From assembly GCA_000934665.2 (NCBI GenBank), contig KZ538769.1, forward strand, positions 1 through 64,000: a stretch of DNA of 64,000 nt, in the 5' to 3' direction. Position 1 is the first letter of the stretch; each line of letters starts with the position of its first letter. This document shows, one piece after another, positions 53,201 to 64,000 of this stretch. The position numbers and the translations under genes are program-made. Source of the DNA: Catajapyx aquilonaris (lineage: Eukaryota). The notes beneath the pieces are model-generated. The model saw only the letters and a list, made by a program, of their open reading frames with translations, had not been told where the DNA came from and made no database searches.

Positions 53201-55161
53201 ATAGTAACCGTATTGCTGAGTAGGTCCAACAAAAAATAGGCGCATCAGAAAATGCCTGGAGGATTAATCCTAATCTCCTTGTGCCATTAGACGAAACGCC
53301 CTTAGAGGAGGATTAAGGAAAAAAGAAGCAAGATTACAAAGTAATTTTCGGCAAATCTGTTTCTGGAAAGAGCATTTATAACACGATTATTGACATGGAC
53401 GCTTCGTAAGCCTCCAAGGCCAGCGGCCTCAATCCCAGCCTCGCTAGAGGATTTAAAAGGCAAAAAAGTCAAGACCCATCTGTAAGACCGAGGTCATGGT
53501 GGTTGCAAAAACTAGGCTATCTTCCAGCCCACTTCAATAAACCGCACTCAATTTCGCAACTTTGAATCAGTACAAGTACATTCAGAAGATCAAACTTCGC
53601 ATTTACCTAATTACATTGCTACATAGAATCGATTAAATATGATGAAACAGTGACTATGAATAACGTTAAACCTAATAGCAGGCTCTGCTAATTATATTTC
53701 CTAACAATCGTGCAGCGTTTAATAGCTAATTCAGGGTTCCGCTCCAAATCAGTTGAAATCGGCAATACGCTAATCCTCCTCCCCCGCTGAAACATATTGC
53801 AATCCCGAATTAAATTTCGCACTTCAGCACCCTCTGATGTTTGCACCCCTGCTTTTCCCTCACTCCCTGGAATTACAATTGGTATGCCGCGCTAAGTTAC
53901 GCCTCGCGACGAACATCATTAGCGAGATAAGAGTGGGAGAGAGAAAAAGCCGAGAATATCTGCAGTGTAGTGCATTGTCCCTATTCCCTTGATGTCGCAG
54001 CAAACTGAATTAGCACATCAATCTTACATTTTCTTCTTTTCCCTTACCCTATTCACTTTTTCCTCATTATGTTCTTCATTCTACTAGAGAACGTCACAAA
54101 CCTTGTAAAACATGATGGTGGTTCCCAAACCTCTCGGGACATCACTGGACTGGATGCAATATATTCATGGTATATAATCCTCCACGTGTGAAATATTGGA
54201 TTTGGCGCGACAGTTTCACGCCGGCAGTACTTTTGATGCAGTAGACGTCGATTTCCTGTGCACCAGTCACACTGTCCGACGTGACTTCATCCACTCTCCA
54301 ATGACCCGATATGGCACCCATCAATATCCCTGTCTCCACTGGGAAACTAATCGGTTCTTTTCAACCCCACCACCCTCTTTCCCACCCACCAGTTTCTGCA
54401 GTCCCTATAAAGAACAGTATCGCCCAACCCGGAAACCTTCTTCCCCAAATCTTATCGCTCCTTCGACTGGCAGCTACATTACAAAGCAATATCACTCGCT
54501 CCCGTGACAAATGATGATTGCCTGTCAAACTCCCCCTTCCCTTAAGGCCCTTTTGAATACACGATTTTCTTAATCACTGCAGATGGACCAAGTCTCCCCA
54601 TTCCATTGTTACCCTTTTTATTTCGCTACATCAAACATCAGATAGAAATATTCAATATCGCAGTATCGATACGTTACAAACGGCTCAATGATATTGAGAT
54701 ATTTACACTTGTACATGATTGTACTGTATTCATTCATTCATTTATTTATACAGTATACTGATAATTTCCCCACCTAGAGAGAGGGAATATCAGCAGGCCA
54801 TTCATGGTACTTAACGTTTCAATACACAAATCGTACACTGTACTTTCGCTCCTCTATTAAAATTACTGGGATGTGGGCATCTCGCCAGCTCAATACATAC
54901 AACAGTCCATTATCATGCTTTAAAAAAGGCTCGCCCTGAGAAATCGCACCTAACCCCGTTCCATTTATCATGGCCATATTTCACAGCCTGAAATATGCAG
55001 GGGGGCCCTTGCACCTCCCTTTTTTCCATTCTTCCGGCAGGAGAGATACTTTCCAATTGCTGGACAATAGGTTTCTCTGGATCCGAAGGGCAGTAGCCAT
55101 GTGGAGAAGAGAGATCGAATTTGCCCAGCATCCCTTGGGTGCGATCTGGCAAAAAAAAAAA

Positions 55162-55174
55162 NNNNNNNNNNNNN
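55162..55174. other. Assembly gap between poly-A and poly-G runs
   Basis: N run in the sequence. Confidence 0.98.
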
Positions 55175-56201
55175 GGGGGGGGGGGGGTTCCTTCTTCAGC
55201 CAAAAGTGTGTGCGCGCCTCCTTTTTTTGAAGTTCGTCTTTAGGGCAGGAAATCCAGTGGACCATTTTTAAGAGCAGTTCTGGGACTTGGCAGTGGGATA
55301 GCCCATCAAACTCCTATCGTGCTCTGGGATAAAAGTGTATGGCGAACAAAATAGACTTGCCTGTGGTCTGGTATCTGCAGAAACTTTGTTTCGCAGATAT
55401 CTCTGAACGTCCTCAAGAGTGAAAAACGAGTGAGAAAGGGCGTGTTGTTCGGAATTTATGGGGGTTCTCGGTATAAACGCTCATAATTCCTTCTTTCGAT
55501 TCGCTTCAGGATAAGGGAATTTTAATGTTCGTAATTGCCCCAGTGGTTTAAGGCACTTTTTTCAGAAAGCAATCACCTAACAATTTCTGGCCGCACTGCT
55601 TCAAACTGGAACATCTGATAGGATATTAAACGTCACACAGCCAAGTCAATCTGCTCTGAACTAGGAGCATTTATGAACCTCCTCACTAAAAACTAGATTG
55701 CCAGACAATGCACTTTACAAAAACACAGTACAGCTTCTTCCATAAAGTGCATCTCGGATCCCATGGCAATCCGCACTTAAGTATGCGGAACAATGGGAAA
55801 GGTGGCTCCGCAAATTGCGTCCAACCTACTACACCAAGTTAACCCATCACAACTTGAACCATTTGTCCTGCACGGTCATTCAGAGCACTCCACATCCAAG
55901 TCATTCAAACTTCTGAATCATCTTTCTTTTACCCATAGCATGATCAAACTCCACTAAGTAACCACCTGTACTCCAAAATGAGTTCAACCAGTGATAATAA
56001 TCAAGTTTTGGGATGTCCTTATAATCTGTTGTAATACACATACACACAGTGTCGTAGTCATACAATAACCATCGTAAAGTCTACTTAAGTTATTCACACT
56101 GTTGGCTGGTATAACCAACAAAAGATGTAGTTTGAAACAACTACTTCACAAGCATTCTTAGCACACTCCCATGCAGAACTACAACACTAAAAGCCACTCA
56201 C

Positions 56202-56394
56202 CGGCCGTCGACTGATCCGACAAAAGAATACTGTATCCCAAGTTCCTTAAAGTTCTCCATCATTCTTGACCTTCTCTCAGGGCGACGTTCCAGATTGATT
56301 AGGAATGCAGCATCGAACCCAAGGGTGTCTGGAGTCGCACGTCGCAAAGCGTGATCCTCTAATAAGGGGTCCACAGGCAGTGGTGGACTATCAA
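56202..56394 (-). CDS. COLGALT1: COLGALT-like exon 5, start of the GT25 domain and last exon I could find (not in the ORF track)
   Basis: Read manually. Acceptor ctttgcag. Translation (V)DSPPLPVDPLLEDHALRRATPDTLGFDAAFLINLERRPERRSRMMENFKELGIQYSFVGSVDG(R), containing the GT25 INLxRRxxRR...VDG signature. Canonical donor CG|GTGAGT. Confidence 0.88.
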
Positions 56395-56490
56395 CTGCAA
56401 AGTGTCAAAATGTAGCTGAATGCCCACAAGACTGGCACCAAGTTAAGGCAGCAAGTGGGTAACATGCAAAGCCAAGGAAGTCAGACGAAC

Positions 56491-56610
56491 CTAAAACCTC
56501 AAGTTTCATGTTGTTTAGTTGACCATAATCATCTTGGAGCTGCATATCCTCCTCAAGTGGCACCATTACATATCCATATATCTCCTCATTGCAAACATAA
56601 AGTGGGACAT
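56491..56610 (-). CDS. COLGALT1: COLGALT-like exon 4 (not in the ORF track)
   Basis: Read manually. Acceptor cttacttag, 120 nt, phase 1 preserved. Translation (D)VPLYVCNEEIYGYVMVPLEEDMQLQDDYGQLNNMKLEVL. Donor G|GTTCGT. Confidence 0.85.
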
Positions 56611-57775
56611 CTAAGTAAGCAGAGTAAATGAGAGCTAATGTTTAACAAAATTACACACATGACAAGAGCAATATTTCAAGAACCTTAACTAATTCAACAC
56701 AAAAATAATGCTGTACATTGCACCAATATGCGTACTTTGTGTGTGAACATTATCAACTTGTGCAGAGGTAATTCTCACTCCTGCTCCAAAGGACATTTTA
56801 AGTGTGAAATAAAAATAATTACACCCAAGAAAACCCCGACAGATGTACAGAGAATCCATCTAAACTTCAAGCTCCTTCCAAGGGGAACATTATCTGAAAT
56901 TCCAGGAGATCCAGATGGGAGACCTGGCAGGTATCCCCACAGAGGCAAGGCTTTACGTCCTTCCACACTAACGGCCTACTGAATGCACTGTACTTTTATA
57001 ACCTATTAGTTCAGGCCCTAATCATTACTCCTTAATTGGAAATGAAACTTTTATAACTGGTAGCTGTTATATCAAGGACTGTGAACTGATAAATTTCCAT
57101 GAGCAAACCTGGAACTCAACATGACCAGCTGTGTTGGAGGAAGTTGGTCAAGTGGAGTATTCTAGATAGTGTGACTGTGATGTGTAATAAATTACTTCTG
57201 GCTTTACTTTGAAAGCTTAATAATTAATAACTTGCTCTTACAGTCATTGATGAAAACTGCATACAGGATTATGAAACACCAGATTTTATGCCTATAAACC
57301 TTTAACAGCCATAACTATTGTATTGTTGTTTGCAATACAATTAAATGCAGTAGAGGTCTATCTACAGGCAATATATCATCACTGTAACATGTAGACCATG
57401 TATTTGAAAGGTATTCTTCTCACTAGAAATGCACACCCATTTCTTTATTGACCATATCTATTCTGACACCAGTAATAGGCTTATCGATTTGTGACAAAAA
57501 TTCTTTCTCTGCACCAAGATCACTAAGCACTCTTATTATCAGAGCAGGATTGACATTATGCACTGACCTTTCAAACTGTGACCTAAATACAAGTCAGTGG
57601 CACAATGCCAACTAGACAAGTTGTTTTTTTGAGCATGGAGCCAAAAACCATATCTCTTCATTCACTGAAGTAAGATCCTAACAGGCATCTCTCCATCATA
57701 TAAATTACCCTCATCTATATTTATCGTTTTTTATCGTGTTCCCAGTTCCTGTTACACCACTTGATGTAAGCTTAC

Positions 57776-58118
57776 CATGCCTTTGGGCAGAGACAGCAAA
57801 TGCAATGATGTCGTCAATTGGCCCCTGATAATTTGGCACTTTCTTTGGCACAAAGGTGAGGTGTAGAGAATTTTCCATTCGAAGGTCAACAAGAAATGAG
57901 GAGTGGACCATTGGCACCTCGAAGCAGCCCTTCTTCTCTCTGTACAGAATTTGTCGATACTCCTCCGTCCTCTTGTAGTAATAGTCATCTGTCATGCCAC
58001 ACCAGTAATTGGAGTAAAGACCCTGCGAGTTCAGCATTGGGGCCACCAATGCATGCCCTTTGTTTATCAGGATCCGCAAGGTTTGATTGTTGGTTATAAA
58101 AACATCACAGTCAACAAA
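57776..58118 (-). CDS. COLGALT1: COLGALT-like exon 3 (DxD motif)
   Basis: Acceptor tttttcag. Translation FVDCDVFITN...VAPML..GLYSNYWCGMT...GCFEVPMVHSSFLVDLR...DDIIAFAVSA. Donor G|GTAAG. Confidence 0.92.
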
Positions 58119-58556
58119 CTGAAAAAGCGAGGGTGACACTGAATTAGATGGGGTATGTTTGTTACCAAAATTATCCACTAAGGGCCAGTTGCATCTATTT
58201 AGGGAAATTTTTCAATTTTATCTAGGTATCCAAAGAACATATTCACAGATATTCTCTCCTTAATTTCAGTTGATGCACCTGACTTTGAATTATGCAGCAG
58301 ATCTAAAAAGTTTCATATTTGTAAACAAAAACTGTCAATGTGCAAGCCTACCATACATTACTATTTACTACTGCAATCCACAAGGTTCTCAAATTACAAT
58401 AAATGTGCCAGCTCAATCATGTGACAGTTATAAAACTCATATTCCTGCAACTAGTTTGACAATTCTGGTGTCAGTTTATGTACTTAAGCATCCTGTTAAA
58501 CGTCTGCTTCCACACCCAAATAAACAAGTTCCACCGCTCACAAGCCAGTGCCTTAC

Positions 58557-58788
58557 CCAGATGTAGTCTGCCCACATATTCCTGGCAGCATCCAAAGCTT
58601 CTTGTCGGAGCTGAATCATGTGAATGAACCGGCTCCGAACCCAGCCAACTGGGCCCTTTTCACCACTCAGGGTGAATGGAGGAGAATCAAGCAGTTCTGA
58701 ATGCACTGAGTGGTAGTCTGACTCTACTTTCATCATCCACTTCTTCAGAACTTCCAATGTCCTGTCTTCATTATGGTCACTTCGAATC
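58557..58788 (-). CDS. COLGALT1: COLGALT-like exon 2
   Basis: Acceptor ttttgtag, phase matches exon 1 (TG+G = Trp). Translation IRSDHNEDRTLEVLKKWM...RFIHMIQLRQEALDAARNMWADYIW. Donor GTAAGG. Confidence 0.9.
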
Positions 58789-59458
58789 CTACAAAATACA
58801 AGCAAAGATTCCAACTAATAAGTACAGCAACATTATTTCCCTACCCAGACTTGACACAACAAAAAAAAAATGTTATACATGAGGTAATTTATGTAGAATA
58901 GATCCCCGATTATCCAACCAACTCGCTCCGGCAATAAATCTATGTTTTCTCATCAAATATTGCAGTTGAATGCTCTACCACTGAATTATGCCCCACACAT
59001 TGATATTATTTCCATTATTATTACTTGTGAGCTTTTTGTATTTCTTGATTGTTTGTATGGATAGAGGTATATGTATTATTCTATGTATTATGGTGGTTAC
59101 CCAAAAGGGCTCACACAGCTCCAATTGGGTCCAATATATCAAATCAAATTATCAAATATTGTAATATACTACGCATTTGTTTCATATTGCCTTAGTTAAA
59201 TTGTAAATACAGTACAGCAGAGTGTGTATGTATAAGATAAATCCAGCAAGTATCCGTTTTATGCGGTATCACATTAACGCAGGTTTTAAAGATACGTATG
59301 GATTTTTAATAACAAAAATATTTGAATGTATAACAACACAATCTAAACATAAACACATCACTGCAGCCCTTCTGAGCCCAAACACACAACCGTAAAGGCT
59401 CTTCTGTTTTTCCTGGTGCCTCATGGCAGGTTATATCTACCTTGGTTATATCAATATA

Positions 59459-59644
59459 GAGGGTGGTCCACCCAACTTTATACAGGCGCTCAGGTAGCAC
59501 TTGAAATAAAGAGGTTGCCCCCTGAATTTCATTGCATGCATCTTATGTCCCCCTTGACATCCTACAACTTCCATCTGACGTACTTGACATGATTGGCAAC
59601 AGTGCAGACCTGAGCGCCTGTATAAAGTTAGGTGGACCACCCTG
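59459..59644. mobile_element. Mariner-type MITE in COLGALT-like intron 1
   Basis: TIRs of about 40 bp: (G/C)AGGGTGGTCCACC(C/T)AACTTTATACAGGCGCTCAGGT. TA on the left and CA (probably a mutated TA) on the right. Confidence 0.8.
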
Positions 59645-60138
59645 CATACATTACCGTATAATTGTTGGTCTCGGCATTCCCTGGACCCCAAAGTACTCTA
59701 ACCATTGTTAAATACACACCATGTACTGCAGTTCTTGCCAAAATAAGGAAAGGAGCCCTCAGAACCCGATGACCCTCAACCTGGAACCTCCCATTAATCA
59801 ATGTTTCAAATATTCGGCATTGAAAACAGCAATATTAGTACTGCCTGTGGAATTTTTTTGGGAAATTTTGGAACGTATCTCATGGAGGCCTACTTACATT
59901 ATAATTTTGTCTTGTTTTATGCAGTTTTTCTGGAACTAATTAACGGCGTAAAACGGGTACTTCCTGTACTTCACTATTTCTTAGAAACCCATAATGCTGT
60001 ACATGATTGATTTCACGGTTTTGTAGTTAAATGAGTATTCTCCTGCCCTGCACTTCTAGCTGCACTCACAGGTTCACTATTCATGCATGACATTTGATCT
60101 TAATTCTAGTGCGAGCGGGAATCCCTCCGCCTGATTAC

Positions 60139-60407
60139 CACAGGGCCATTCTGTCCTTTGGGTAGTCGATCCTCTGCAGGAGGGTGAGGAAGTGAGGCAG
60201 GGTGTGCTCCTTGTTCCGAGCCAGGACGGCCACCAGCACCGTCGGCTCCTGCCTGCCGCTGCCAGCCCCTGCCGGCCCCTGCCCGGCCACCGCAGCCCAG
60301 ACCAAAACCAGGACGCCCAGCACCCGGGCCCCCATCCCCCTCCCTTGTCCCGACAACCCGAACCTGGACGTCCACCCAAGAGTTCCCTCCCTCCAGACCG
60401 CCGCCAT
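60139..60407 (-). CDS. COLGALT1: Glycosyltransferase family 25 member / procollagen galactosyltransferase (COLGALT/GLT25D-like), exon 1
   Basis: ATG at 60407 (aacATGg). A hydrophobic signal-like segment is followed by PTVLVAVLARNKEHTLPHFLTLLQRIDYPKDRMALW, which matches the COLGALT N-terminal domain as I recall it. Donor TG|GTAATC. The exact start codon is uncertain because there is a second in-frame Met (MGARV). Confidence 0.85.
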
Positions 60408-60690
60408 GTTTCTGTATAAATTCCCAAGGTTGCCCAATACGAGACAACACGTCCTTCCCACTGCAAAGCCGCAGTCAAAACCAACCACTCGCCAGCTGCA
60501 CATTAAAACACCATACGCCTCAGGTAACTGCACACAAATCATGTTAAAATATTAATCAACCGTGCACGTCGAATTATTGTGCATCTGGCAACGGCGGAAC
60601 AAGATGGCGGCCCACACGGAGGATTGATGAGCTGTCGGTTTATTATTCTCTGCATTTTGGCCCGGCTTTGGCCTGACATTAGCGTGGAAT
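60408..60690. promoter_or_regulatory. Bidirectional promoter / 5'UTRs shared by the COLGALT-like gene (-) and COG6 (+)
   Basis: Only 283 bp separate the divergent ATGs. YY1/Pho consensus AAGATGGCGGC at 60601-60611. No obvious TATA box. Confidence 0.7.
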
Positions 60691-60801
60691 ATGTCCGATG
60701 CTAGCGCGGAACAACAGGGTGGGCATGGCGAGAAAGGTACGGGACACCTGCTCACAAAGAAGCTGAACAAGATACTGGAAATGCGGTTGGACAGTGACAA
60801 G
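60691..60801 (+). CDS. COG6: Conserved oligomeric Golgi complex subunit 6, exon 1 of 8 (joined CDS 634 aa)
   Basis: Translation MSDASAEQQ...LLTKKLNKILEMRLDSDK, the COG6-type N-terminal motif. Donor AAG|GTGAGG. Confidence 0.88.
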
Positions 60802-60861
60802 GTGAGGCACACTGGTTCAAGTGGTTGAAGGTGTTCTCATCAGGCCCTTTGTTTAATTAAG

Positions 60862-60972
60862 GAAACGTTGGAGGCGTTGAAGGAGCTGTCCACCTTCTTC
60901 CCTGAGAATACGTTTCAAGCTAGGAGGAACCTGAGGGGACAAATTGAGAGGCGAAGTCTTAGCATCAATCAG
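60862..60972 (+). CDS. COG6: COG6 exon 2
   Basis: Translation [37 protein letters not shown], a strongly COG6-like block. AAG acceptor, donor CAG|GTATTG. Confidence 0.92.
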
Positions 60973-61078
60973 GTATTGGTACTTGCAATGGACTTGCAAA
61001 GACAATTTGCTGCAATGTTATCAATAATTCAAGCTGTAACTAAAGACACTGTCTGACGGTGATCATCCTATTGCGCAG

Positions 61079-61242
61079 GATTTTCTGGAGGCATTTGGTG
61101 AGGTGAAAACAGCGCTCGACTCAATATATCAACAGGTGTCAGCCATGAATTCGGTGTGTCAGGATATGAGCGAGAGGTTGCAGAACAGCAAGACTCAGAC
61201 GCATCACCTTCTGGAACAGACAGCGAAATTGCAGAATGAAAG
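61079..61242 (+). CDS. COG6: COG6 exon 3
   Basis: Translation DFLEAFGEVKTALDSIYQQVSAMNSVCQDMSERL...(coiled coil). CAG acceptor, phase-2 donor AG|GTACAC. Confidence 0.9.
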
Positions 61243-61324
61243 GTACACTCACTTGCACACTTTGCTGGTTGGGACGAGGGAGAATGGGTGTAGCTCAGAT
61301 TTGCACAATAAAATTACTTCACAG

Positions 61325-61898
61325 CCATAGCCTGACAATGAAGCAGCAAGTGGCGTCCACTTTTGTTGACAAGTTCCAGCTGACCCGAGAGGAGCTTGCT
61401 CTGCTTCGCTCTGCCCCTGGGCAGCCTCACGGTGGGGCGCCAGATTCCAACACCGTAACCCCAGCTTTCTTTGATGCTTTGGCAAAATCTCGCCAGATCC
61501 ACTCTGATTGCCAGATCCTCTTGCAATCAGGCCAGCAGGGTTTTCCACTAGAAGCCATGGAGCAAATGGCAATGGCTCAGGAAGCTGCCTTGGAGCTGTT
61601 GTACCGATGGGCACAACGGAATTGTCATTCCATAGAGCAGCCTGGAATTGCTGCCATGCTGTGCAAGGCAATGTCGTGCCTACAAGCACGCCCAATATTG
61701 CTGCGATACGTGCTCGATGAATATGCCGCATCACGTCGTGCTTTGGTTGTTCGTGGCTTCATTCAAGCCCTAACAAATGGTGGACCTGGCGGCACACCCT
61801 GTCCAATTGAGACACATGCACACGATCCACCACGCTACGTAGGCGACATGTTGGCATGGTTGCATCAAGCTGTCCCAGGCGAGAAGGAAAATTTGCAA
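61325..61898 (+). CDS. COG6: COG6 exon 4
   Basis: Translation ...FQLTREELALLR...QEAALELLYRWAQ...FIQALTNGGPGGTPCPIETHAHDPPRYVGDMLAWLHQA..EKENLQ, including the hallmark HAHDPxRYVGDMLAWLHQ. Donor GTAAGG. Confidence 0.95.
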
Positions 61899-61978
61899 GT
61901 AAGGAATAAGATTATCTATGTGTGCCTCAGGAACCTTTCTGTCATACAAGTGATACAACACATCTGTCATTGCTGCAG

Positions 61979-62386
61979 GTTCTGTTAAAGGAGTGCGAAA
62001 CAAGCGAGTCTCCTGAGTCGCTTGGTCACATTATGGAAGGAGTGTGTCGGCCTCTGCGAGTGCGCTTAGAACAGGCAATTGCAACAGAACGAGGTCCTGT
62101 AATGCTCTACAGGGTGACCAACCTGCTCAGGTTCTACCATCGGACAATCTCAGGGGAGGTCCCGGTGGAGAGTGGTCTGGTGCTAACCCTCGGGGAGGTG
62201 CAGCAAGAGTGCTTCGATGCATTCTTGTCAGCCTTGAGGGAGACCGTTTCCAGTTGTCTACACCAGGGGGTGCTGCCGGCCAATGATTTGTCAGCTGCGA
62301 CAGGAGTGGGGCCTGTCATGAACGCTCTTAGAGATGTGCTGGCGGCTGCTGCAGTAGCGCAGGATCAGCACCAGGATTTTGCACAG
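61979..62386 (+). CDS. COG6: COG6 exon 5
   Basis: Translation VLLKECE...IMEGVCRPLRVRLEQ...LYRVTNLLRFYHRTI...QDFAQ. Acceptor ctgcag, donor CAG|GTTTTA (a weak donor). Confidence 0.85.
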
Positions 62387-62542
62387 GTTTTATGCACTTT
62401 CAATAAATCTGACAGGCCACACCAAGATTTTCCTCAATTTTCCCTAGTTAATGTTTCTAAAAATGCTCACTCTCGAGGCAAACTCAGAGGTGTAACCAAA
62501 TTCACGATGCGAGTCATTCACTTCAATCCGCGATCTCCTCAG

Positions 62543-62704
62543 ATATTCCAAGCTGCAGTAGATCCCCTCCTGGAAGCAATCAATGAGAATACTGGCCGAT
62601 TGAGCTCCACTGACATGGCTGTGTTCAGGCTCAATTGCCTCTACCAGATCCACTCAACCCTTTCGCTCTATGAATTCATGGAAGCACACCTGGAAAAGCT
62701 GCAG
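62543..62704 (+). CDS. COG6: COG6 exon 6
   Basis: Translation IFQAAVDPLL...LSSTDMAVFRLNCLYQIHSTLSLYEF...LEKLQ. Acceptor ctcctcag, donor CAG|GTAAAT. Confidence 0.88.
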
Positions 62705-62787
62705 GTAAATTTATATTGAATTCACCAAATGACAAGCTGCCACAAAACATTTCGATTCAGATTGGCATTGATATTTTCCACACAACC

Positions 62788-62937
62788 TAATGTACGAAAA
62801 ACGAGAGAATGATCTGACGTCATCTTTTCCTCCATTGTTACGTTTTGTTGACACTGTTTTTACTCACATCGTTCTGTGATGGGATTTCCATGGAAACCTT
62901 GATGACGTCGGATTGCTCTCTCATTTTCCGTGCATTA
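62788..62937. mobile_element. MITE-like inverted-repeat element in COG6 intron 6
   Basis: TAATGTACGAAAAACGAGAGAATGATCTGACGTCATC versus GATGACGTCGGATTGCTCTCTCATTTTCCGTGCATTA, an imperfect inverted pair of about 37 bp. Confidence 0.65.
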
Positions 62938-63014
62938 TAATTATGACAAATTAACAAATGCCTGTCTCAAGTTCATGCCGTAGTGAGTGTGATCACAACT
63001 CCTTCCTTTCACAG

Positions 63015-63173
63015 ACCCAAATGGAGAGCGAGATCAGCTGCGTCCTTACAGAGCAAGCAAACTGGCTGGATGCGCATTTGGGATTGGGAGCCATTTGCTC
63101 CGTGTTACAGGAGACAACAGAGCCGCTCTCCTCAGTTCCAGGAATGGAGGCACAGAATCTGAAGCTCCTCATT
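63015..63173 (+). CDS. COG6: COG6 exon 7
   Basis: Acceptor cctttcacag. Translation TQMESEISCVLTEQANWL..LGL...PLSSVPGME. Donor ATT|GTAAGT. Confidence 0.88.
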
Positions 63174-63535
63174 GTAAGTCCCACATGCCATGTTTCACAG
63201 GTCACTTTAGCAATATTGATAATCCAGACTGGTATTCAAATTATAAAATTTAATTTGCAAACACATATCAGCCTACAAACGGCTACACTGTGACCACAAT
63301 CAAAAACAAATAAAAGTTATGCTTTGGTCATTCAAACAAACGGAGAGGTGTACGTATTGTTTGGCGAAAATGGAAGTGCCAAACCATTGACCTTGAGATA
63401 TTTACACCAGACCCCTTAAACTTTTTAAACTTAAAAACCTCATAAATACTGAGCCAATGAAAAACTACTATCATCTTCATCAGCAATCTGAGAAATGGAA
63501 TTGACAAATTAATGCTTGGCGATCATTTTCCACAG

Positions 63536-63751
63536 AACAAGCTTGATGGATACTTGGCCAACCCAGAGGCCCTCCTCCTGCCGCAGAGTCGCCTCCTTCA
63601 GAGCCTGTCGCAACGGCGCTTGGTACAGAAGCATGCAACCGAGGTTGTTACAAACATCTACGGGCAGCTACATGATGCTGTTCATGACCCCAAGAATGCA
63701 TACCGTGACCCAGCTGGATTGGTCAAGAATGTCCCAACCCAAAATGAATGA
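63536..63751 (+). CDS. COG6: COG6 exon 8 (terminal)
   Basis: Acceptor ttttccacag. Translation NKLDGYLANPEALLLPQ...IYGQLHDAVHDPKNAYRDP..., ending in TGA. An AATAAA overlaps the stop at 63751-63756. Confidence 0.85.
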   Translation, partial: NKLDGYLANPEALLLPQSRLLQSLSQRRLVQKHATEVVTNIYGQLHDAVHDPKNAYRDPAGLVKNVPTQNE

Positions 63752-64000
63752 ATAAATTCACAAATATTAAGTATGTTCGCTGCACAAACAAATATCCTCT
63801 TCTTTCATTCTCCTTGCGATAAAACTTGAAATGCCTTTTGCCTGTTTGGCATTAGTAGGAAATACCAGGATGTGGAACACACTGGATTAGCTTTTAAAAA
63901 TAGGGAAATCCTCAGGTACGATGGCATGACTAATACTCATCAACACAATGTTGGGAAAAGATGATCGAGGAGAGTCGATAATGATCATGTTACGTACAAC

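Noticed and set aside
54913..55203. Minus-strand ORF next to the gap as a candidate COLGALT exon 6
   Set aside because: Lacks the expected DPY..RPLT.GEIGCFLSH block and spans Ns.
58930..59160. Possible decayed LINE 3' end with (TCAAA)n tail
   Set aside because: Only suggestive motifs. No ORF remnant or second copy supports it.

Overview
Eukaryotic (most likely arthropod) genomic DNA with GT-AG spliced genes and two small assembly gaps (16100-16143, 55162-55174). Three protein-coding genes can be reconstructed exon by exon. (1) An orphan rhodopsin-class GPCR on + (3 coding exons, 21333-24302, 492 aa, NHY in place of DRY and DPxxY in TM7). (2) A glycosyltransferase-25 / procollagen galactosyltransferase (COLGALT-like) gene on - (5 exons, 60407 down to 56202, 385 codons). 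It stops at a clean splice donor, and I could not find its C-terminal exons anywhere in the remaining 56 kb. (3) A complete COG6 on + (8 exons, 60691-63751, 634 aa), head-to-head with the COLGALT-like gene across 283 bp. The rest is non-coding. It carries a dense set of foldback/MITE-type palindromes, some nested, and one family present twice with arm-mirrored mutations. It also has three copies of a tRNA-derived SINE with a V-SINE-like core, microsatellites, and TAAT/ATTA-rich blocks that look like enhancers. I see no prokaryote-type systems (no CRISPR, operon or phage). The most notable leads are the possible giant intron with a nested antisense GPCR, the self-homogenising palindrome family, and the V-domain SINE.
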